Shown here in pieces: positions 54,644 to 64,000 of a DNA stretch of 64,000 nucleotides. A program made the translations under genes and the position numbers. The first letter of the stretch is position 1; every line of letters starts with the position of its first letter. The notes beneath the pieces were generated by a model, which ran no database searches, had not been told where the DNA came from, and saw nothing but the letters and a program-made list of their open reading frames with translations. Origin of the DNA: Macrostomum lignano (Eukaryota); NCBI GenBank assembly GCA_002269645.1, contig NIVC01000292.1:248001-312000 (forward strand). The letters run 5' to 3'.

Positions 54644-57600
54644 TCAGAGCACCCGTTGACCCCTCGGAGTTCCTTGACCCCGGAAGACCGGATTTTCACG
54701 GCTGACGTTGAACTGCTGGTGGAACACGTTGCTGTTGTCGGGCCCCGGCGAGCCCCTGTAGCCCAGCTGCGGGTAGGCGCGGCCCTGGGTGGACAGCGAG
54801 GACCGCCGGGACCAGGCGGTGCTGTCCGCGTCTGCTTGGAGGTCGGCGGGCGGTACAGGAGACACTTAGTGCAGAACCACAGCGGAACCTTGACGCTCCC
54901 AACTCCCCACACCGACAGACACCCATCAGTCCTTGGCGCTCTCTCAGTATCCCACACCGACAGACACCCATTGGCCCCTGGCGCTCTCTCAACATCTGAG
55001 ACTGACAGACACCCATCAGTCCCTGGCACTCTCTCAGCATCTGAGACTGACAGACACCCATCAGTCCCTGGCACTCTCTCAGCATCTGAGACTGACAGAC
55101 ACCCATCAGTCCCTGGCACTCTCTCAGCATCTGAGACTGACAGACACCCATCAGTCCCTGGCACTCTCTCAGCATCTGAGACTGACAGACACCCATCAGT
55201 CCCTGGCACTCTCTCAGCATCTGAGACTGACAGACACCCCTCAGTCCCTGGCATTCTCTCAGCATCTGAGACTGACAGACACCCATCAGTCCCTGGCATT
55301 CTCTCAGCATCTGAGACTGACAGACACCCATCAGTCCCTGGCATTCTCTCAGCATCTGAGACTGACAGACACCCATCAGTCCCTGGCATTCTCTCAGCAT
55401 CTGAGACTGACAGACACCCATGAGTCCCTGGCACTCTCTCAGCATCTGAGACTGACAGACACCCATCAGTCCCTGGCATTCTCTCAGCATCTGAGACTGA
55501 CAGACACCCATCAGTCCTTGGCGCTTGTCAGCTCCACAATCGCATCAGAGTCCAATCGATCCTTCGCTCCCGCCAAAAACACATGCATGCTTCTGAAAGT
55601 AGCTGAATCGGGCGTGCAACTCCAAAGTTGAAAAAAGCTCACCGAATTCGTCGGTCCAACCGTTCCGTCCCACCGACTGTCGGTAGCTCTGGTAACCAAC
55701 CTCAGGCTGCTGTTGCGGCAGCTCTTCCAACGGAATCTGCCGCGTCACTGTCCACTCCTCAACGCGGAAAGGCGTGCTCATCCTGGTCTCCACGCCTTCA
55801 TCCTCTTTGCGTTCCTGGAACTCGCGAAGATGATCGTAGCGGCCGATTCCGTCTCCTGGCAGCTGGCTGTTTGCCGCGGCGCTGTGGTACACCGTCCACT
55901 CCTCCACGTTCCGGTTTTCTGCTCCGCCACCGCCCACTGAGCGGCGTCGCTCCCTGCGGTCCTCGCTTCGGACGGTGCGCCTCTCGAAAGACCGCGCCCG
56001 CCTGGCTGCTGGCTGGCCACCCTCGGCTTCCGCCGAGTCCAGCAGCCGGCGGTAGCCCACGATCGAGTCCTGGCTGTCGATGATTTGTCCCGAAGCCGGC
56101 GACGACCGTCCCCTTCTCGTGGACGCAGCCACCGGAGTCTCGTACACGGTCGAGGCCTCGTAAGCCGGGATTCGCTCGTACACCGTCCACTCCTCCTTTG
56201 AGAAGATCTCCGGCGTTTTGGACTGACTGCGGCTGCTGACGGCTGCTTGCTGGCGCTGCTCTTCTTCTCGGGACGTCGACGACTTTCCTCCGCCTCGCGA
56301 CGTCGACGGCTTTCTTCTTCCTCGCGACGACGCCTGTTTTGCTCCTCTTCGCGACGCCTTCGTTCTTCGTCCCGTTCGCGACGTTGGTGACTTTCGCTCT
56401 CGTTGCTGTATCGGTAACTTGAGTTCTCTTCTCGTTTCTCGTTTCGCTTGTTCTCGTAGCCGTCTAAATAGCGTCGATATCCAATAACGGAGTCGGTGCT
56501 GTCGTACTGATGCAGCTGCGAAGGTTGCGACGGTGGCGGCTGGAGATGCTGCACCGGGACCGTGTCGTACACAGTCCACTCTTCGCGTCTGAAAATATCC
56601 GGAGTCTTGTTGGCGACTTCGCGGCGATGAAGCTCCTCTTGACGGCGCTCCTGCTCCGCCTCTTCCGCTCGACGTTGTCTCTCCCAATTCTCCGCCTCCC
56701 TGCGCCGCCTCTCCCGCTCCTCAGCTTCAGCCAGTCGCCTCCGCTCCGAGTCCTCCCTGCGCCGCCTCTCCCGCTCCTCAGCTTCAGCCAGTCGCCTCCG
56801 CTCTGAGTCCTCCCTGCGCCGCCTCTCCCGCTCCTCAGCTTCAGCCAGTCGCCTCCGCTCCGAGTCCTCCCTGCGCCGCCTCTCCCGCTCCTCAGCTTCA
56901 GCCAGTCGCCTCCGCTCCGAGTCCTCCCTGCGCCGCCTCTCCCTCTCCTCAGCTTCCCTCTGCCGCTGTCGGCGCTCCTCCTCCTCCGCCTCTTGCCGCC
57001 TTCGCGCCTCGGCCTGCTCAGCCTGCCGCTCCTGCAGCCGCCGGTCAAGCGTGTCGGTCACCGGCAAGGTCTCGTAAACGGTCCACTGCTCCGTCTGCTG
57101 CGCGGGACGCAGATCGCCGCCCGAACTGGTTGGGCTGTCCCGTTCCAGAATTGTTCGTGAGGTGTACCGCGTCTTTTTCGTGACGAACCGCGGCGGCTGA
57201 CGAAGGTCACGACTGCTGTTGTACTCCTGGCTGTCATCGCCTGGCCGCTGCTGGCCGGCCGCCAGGTTCGAGTCCGAGAGCAACATCTCCGCTTCATCGT
57301 CGGCGGAGGGAGTCTGGACGATCCGGATTCGCGCGGGCTTGCCGATCGGAGTGAAGCCGAGGTTCGTCGGCGTCCGCGGCGGCGACGGCGACCGTCGTTG
57401 CGGCTGCTTCGATGGCTGCGGCTTTGGCTGCGGTGGTGGAGACGGTGGCGGCGGAGGCGGCGGAGGCGGCGGCGGAGTTTGAGGCTTCGGCGACGGCGGC
57501 CTGAGCTGAGCCGGCTGCGCTGAGCGATTTGAGGGCGCACGCCGGACCGGCACCGCCACCCGCTTGAGCGACTCGTTGGAAGCGCTGCGCTGGGCGAACA

Positions 57601-57697
57601 GGCTGGCCAGGGAGCTCACGTGGCCCTTCTTGATGCCGGCCTCCGGCTCAACTTGGCTGCGCTGCTGCCGCTGCCTGGGCCGATTCGGGTTGCTCAT
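54644..57697 (-). CDS. Uncharacterised ~750-aa protein: Pro-rich N-terminus, E/R-rich helix, repeated EEWTVY motifs; contains a 1-nt frameshift
   Basis: Exon 57697-55643 (donor G|GTGAGC), joined across a frameshift at ~56271 (ORFs 57697-55778 and 56687-55545 overlap in different frames). The last exon starts at 54864 or 54831 and ends at stop 54644; both acceptors are phase 1. Confidence 0.7.
54910..55520. repeat. 45-bp minisatellite, ~13 copies, intronic
   Basis: GACAGACACCCATCAGTCCCTGGCAYTCTCTCAGCATCTGAGACT. Confidence 0.95.
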
Positions 57698-59199
57698 GCT
57701 GACCGCCTGGAGAACGCCGGGACTGAGGAGGCGAGTCCGCCTGCCTTGCGCTTTTTCAAACTCTCAGCTCGCCGCTCGGCCGCACCGCTGCCGGCTCGAC
57801 TTTATTCAGCCTCGCCTTTCCCGACGGGCGGGTCTGGGAGGTTCCCACGGCCTGCGCCTGCGGAGCCGCCCAAGCTGGCGAAACATTTTACTGCTCCGCC
57901 CAAACCCTGCGGTGCGGGAGGGCGCGGCCTGGCGCCTGCAGTTCGCCCCGGCCGCTGAGAACAGAACCCCCCACCTCTACAGCGCCCAGTGTTCTCACTA
58001 ACTGAGACAACTCCAGTTTTACGTGTGAAGATTGCTTCGAAAGTGAGCACGGTTCTTACTCAATGCATCCTAACCGTAACTTGGGACTGAACAACATCAA
58101 TTGGGGGTTAAAATTTATTGTTGAGAAATTAGCAAAAAGGTAAAGAGTCCACCTGGGGGGCACCAATAGCATCTATATTTAGAGATAAGGGAATGGGGGT
58201 AGACAGGAATGGGATGGGCTAGCATTGGTGAGTCAAGAAGGGGTTAAGGCGATCGATAAAGCGGTGTACGGTACAGAGGGAAGGGGGGAGGCAGGGGCAG
58301 GTAAATTGTACATTTCTAATGATAATTGAATATGCCCGATGAGCCTGGGAAAGTTCCAATTCATGTATAGAGATAAGAATACAAGTAATAAGTAATATAC
58401 AATAATTAAAACAAATCAATAATAACGCTAAGCTAGCGTGCAACGCCTAAATTACTATGAGAGCCGAGTGTAAACTTATCCATTCATTTAGTCGCTAATA
58501 AAAGGGACGAGTCGCACCTGTTTCGGCTTGCCTGAGCAACTGGAAGCCAACTAGCAGGGTCTGAGCAGACTGTAGCGGGAGTAGGCGGCCGGCTGAGGAT
58601 CAAGTGTCTGTGGGACTCGCATCTGACCGCCGCGCGCCTGGCTAATGACCGCCGCACTAATGACCGCCGCACTAATGACCGCCGTGAGAAATCCAATTCC
58701 GTGTGCCACAGGAGCCAATTTGCTATACATTCGTCTAACTGATTGCCTCACAGTAGTGCTCACTGTGCTCACTGTGCTCACTGAACTCATCATTGCCCTT
58801 TTTCTTTGCTACTCTTTGAAACACAAAATAGCGTGACTGACAAGAGCCCACCGCGGTTAGCTGGGTCAGAAATGCGGCTTTGAGGGGACCATCGCCCAGC
58901 TTCCTGCATTAATGATGAAGGTCCGGTATGAGTCTCGGCCGTGTCCACAGTAAGCCAATCAGCCAAGGTTGCAGTCTGACAGTTCATTTATTGTAATTCG
59001 ATTGCCTCTACTTTATGCTGTATAGATCCACCAGCCCTTCTGATAGTCTAATCATTAACACCATTAACACCAATGATTAACATCATTAATCGTCAACACC
59101 GATAATCTAATCTAGTCATCTTGTCGCCTGATCTCTGAGAAATCTAGTCATCTGATTACCCAGTAATTTTGTCATACAATTACCTGATTATCTAGGTAG

Positions 59200-59870
59200 T
59201 CACTTGAACATCTAGTCAGCTAGTCACTTGAGCATCTAGTCATCTGGTCACTTGAACATCTAGTCATCTGGTCACTTGAGCATCTAGTCATCTGGTCACT
59301 TGAGCATCTAGTCATCTAGTCACTTGAGCATCTAGTCATCTGGTCACTTGAGCATCTAGTCATCTGGTCACTTGAGCATCTAGTCATCTGGTCACTTGAG
59401 CATCTAGTCATCTGGTCACTTGAACATCTAGTCATCTGGTCACTTGAGCATCTAGTCATCTAGTCACTTGAGCATCTAGTCATCTGGTCACTTGAGCATC
59501 TAGTCATCTGGTCACTTGAGCATCTAGTCATCTGGTCACTTGAGCATCTAGTCATCTGGTCACTTGAGCATCTAGTCATCTGGTCACTTGAGCATCTAGT
59601 CATCTGGTCACTTGAACATCTAGTCATCTGGTCACTTGAGCATCTAGTCAGCTAGTCACTTGAGCATCTAGTCATCTGGTCACTTGAGCATCTAGTCATC
59701 TGGTCACTTGAGCATCTAGTCATCTGGTCACTTGAGCATCTAGTCATCTGGTCACTTGAGCATCTAGTCATCTAGTCACTTGAGCATCTAGTCATCTGGT
59801 CACTTGAGCATCTAGTCATCTGGTCACTTGAGCATCTAGTCATCTGGTCACTTGAGCATCTAGTCATCTA
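59200..59870. repeat. 24-bp minisatellite (GAGCATCTAGTCATCTGGTCACTT), ~27 copies
   Basis: Visible 24-bp period. Confidence 0.96.
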
Positions 59871-60086
59871 GTAACCAAGTCGTCTAGTCACCCAATCATC
59901 TAATTACCGAATCCTCTAGTTATCTAGTGATCTGATCACATGGTCATCTAGTCATCCATCTACTGCAGATGCGAGCCACCTCCAGAGCTGCTCGGTTCTC
60001 GCTCAGCACTGAGCAATAAAAGCGAGTGAATGAGGACAGCACTTGATGGCGCTGCCAGGCCTCCGATGCCGACTGTTTATGCAATC

Positions 60087-60556
60087 ATGCTCTGTTTACA
60101 GCCTGTGCCACTCCATCTGTTTACAGCCTGTGCCACTCCATCTGTTTACAGCCTGTGCCACTCCATCTGTTTACAGCCTGTGCCACTCCATCTGTTTACA
60201 GCCTGTGCCACTCCATCTGTTTACAGCCTGTGCCACTCCATCTGTTTACAGCCTGTGCCACTCCATCTGTTTACAGCCTGTGCCACTCCATCTGTTTACA
60301 GCCTGTGCCACTCCATCTGTTTACAGCCTGTGCCACTCCATCTGTTTACAGCCTGTGCCACTCCATCTGTTTACAGCCTGTGCCACTCCATCTGTTTACA
60401 GCCTGTGCCACTCCATCTGTTTACAGCCTGTGCCACTCCATCTGTTTACAGCCTGTGCCACTCCATCTGTTTACAGCCTGTGCCACTCCATCTGTTTACA
60501 GCCTGTGCCACTCCATCTGTTTACAGCCTGTGCCACTCCATCTGTTTACAGCCTGT
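60087..60556. repeat. 25-bp minisatellite (TCTGTTTACAGCCTGTGCCACTCCA), ~19 near-identical copies
   Basis: Visible 25-bp period. Confidence 0.97.
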
Positions 60557-60889
60557 GCTGCTGCTGCACAATTAAAACAAGAAAACACCCGAATCACCCG
60601 GCAGTTGAGGCTGTTAAATGCGTGCGAATTGGGAAGGCTGGGGATTTGGGATTTCACTTTTCGCGCCTCCGCAGCTTTTCCTGGAATGGGAGCCGCTTCA
60701 AGTGGTTGTGGCGCAGCTCCGGCACAGGGATGCAGCTGCTTGATGCAGCCACTTGTGCGCACTGCGACAGATGTAGCAATTAGGGGAATTGGGAGGCAAG
60801 CGAGGCGGAATAGAAATCGAAAAGTGAAATTCTCATTCCATCTAGTCATCTAGAATGCTGGAATATGATTGATAGATCATACCCTATTC

Positions 60890-62508
<1,619 letters not shown>

Positions 62509-62964
62509 GTGTCCCAGTCACAAATTTGATTTTCACCGCCCGCAGGCTGACAGCGGGGGTACATGCGGTTCACTGAGGGCGGTGTTAATGCGGCCAATTT
62601 ATATGCACGGAGCTGACCGCCTGTTGCCAGTGGGTGATGGGAGGGCATTGGAAAGTGCAGATTCTGGGGTGGGGAGCTTCTTGTTATAAAATGAAGCCCG
62701 TATATATTAGCAACTCAAATTCAGAATTCCCCTTTCCTAGCAACAATAGTCAATCCCAGGCTGTGGGACACGCTTGCGCGCTGCCTCTGGTTCCGGGGAG
62801 GGCAGAGGCAACAGATTTCCGTGGTCAATGGGAGCGGGTGGAAGGGATTATTAAAATCCCAGCACTTCTACCGTCTCTCACTCCGGATTTTTAGCCTGCA
62901 CTTTTGATCCCCTTCAACCGTACGTTTTGCGTCTGATTTTTACGTCTGATCGCAAATACTGTAC

Positions 62965-63381
<417 letters not shown>

Positions 63382-63764
63382 CGTCAATGCTCGACACAAT
63401 GAAGAACAAAGCAGAGGAGAGTCAAAGACCCCCACAGATGAGGGCAGGCAGGCACCTGACAGGAAGCTGTCACCGCGGCTCCGACAGCATTCAGCAGCTC
63501 TAAAACAAAGAAGGGCAGCGGCACTGCGGCCTGCACTTTCTGCAACTCTGCCGGCCCGCTCTGAGGAGCTCCCGCATCCGGGCGGAAGTTCGCTTTAAGC
63601 CCGAGTGCAGCCGCTGCTCCTCCGACCCGAACTCCGCTTCCGGGATGGCCTCAGCTGGGGCAGCCGCTTCGCCAGGTAATCTTATTGCCGACTGGGAGGC
63701 CGCGACAGCGCTACGAGCGTATCGTCTTGCTGGAAATTTCGTCGGCTCATCTTTGTCCTCTCCC

Positions 63765-64000
63765 CTCTCTCCCGCCCTTCTCTCCCCTCTCTCCCGCCCT
63801 TCTCTCCCCTCTCTCCCGCCCTTCTCTCCCCTCTCTCCCGCCCTTCTCTCCCCTCTCTCCCGCTCTTCTCTCCCGCTCTTCTCTCCCCTCTCTCCCACTC
63901 TTCTCTCCCCTCTCTCCCGCCCTTCTCTCCCCTCTCTCCCGCCCTTCTCTCCCCTCTCCCGCTATTCTCTCCCCTCTCTCCCACTCTTCTCTCCCCTCTC
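63765..64000. repeat. 22-bp CT-rich repeat, truncated by the window edge
   Basis: CTCTCCCCTCTCTCCCGCCCTT. Confidence 0.9.

Noticed and set aside
62509-62771. GTGTCCCA...TGGGACAC as MITE ends
   Set aside because: Only 8 bp, no TSD and no second copy in the window.
63500-63760. Possible minus-strand exon of a further gene (..EAEFGSEEQRLHSGLKR..)
   Set aside because: No recognisable domain or convincing splice pair, and it is flanked by simple repeats at the window edge.

Overview
This is metazoan genomic DNA with GT-AG spliced genes, GC-rich exons and roughly one third of its length in locus-specific tandem repeats. That style resembles the flatworm Macrostomum, which is my inference only. 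All gene models were built by hand from splice-site phase, without database searches. Four genes are supported: (1) a + strand F-BAR/tandem-SH3 Stac-like gene (132-22375, ~1161 aa) with no detectable C1 domain, a candidate internal TATA promoter and a candidate alternative terminal exon; (2) a - strand, 4-exon, ~698-aa SLC6-fold protein (29390-23253) whose ion/substrate-binding motifs are degenerate; (3) a + strand ARHGEF17-like DH-PH-WD40 RhoGEF (36260-53386, ~1528 aa) with a 14-aa coding repeat; (4) a - strand protein I do not recognise (57697-54644), with repeated EEWTVY motifs, an E/R-rich helix and a 1-nt frameshift. Between genes 2 and 3 is a nested structure. A decayed P-element/THAP9-like transposase remnant is followed by a 59-bp copy of an ARHGEF17 exon end with its donor site. 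A young 5'-truncated LOA-like LINE (APE-RT-RNase H, open ORF2, 11-bp TSD) has inserted into that copy. The window also holds two copies of a tRNA-headed SINE, a CORE-SINE fragment, a palindromic two-way poly(A) signal and several intronic minisatellites built from splice-site sequence. No bona fide tRNA, rRNA or CRISPR array was found.
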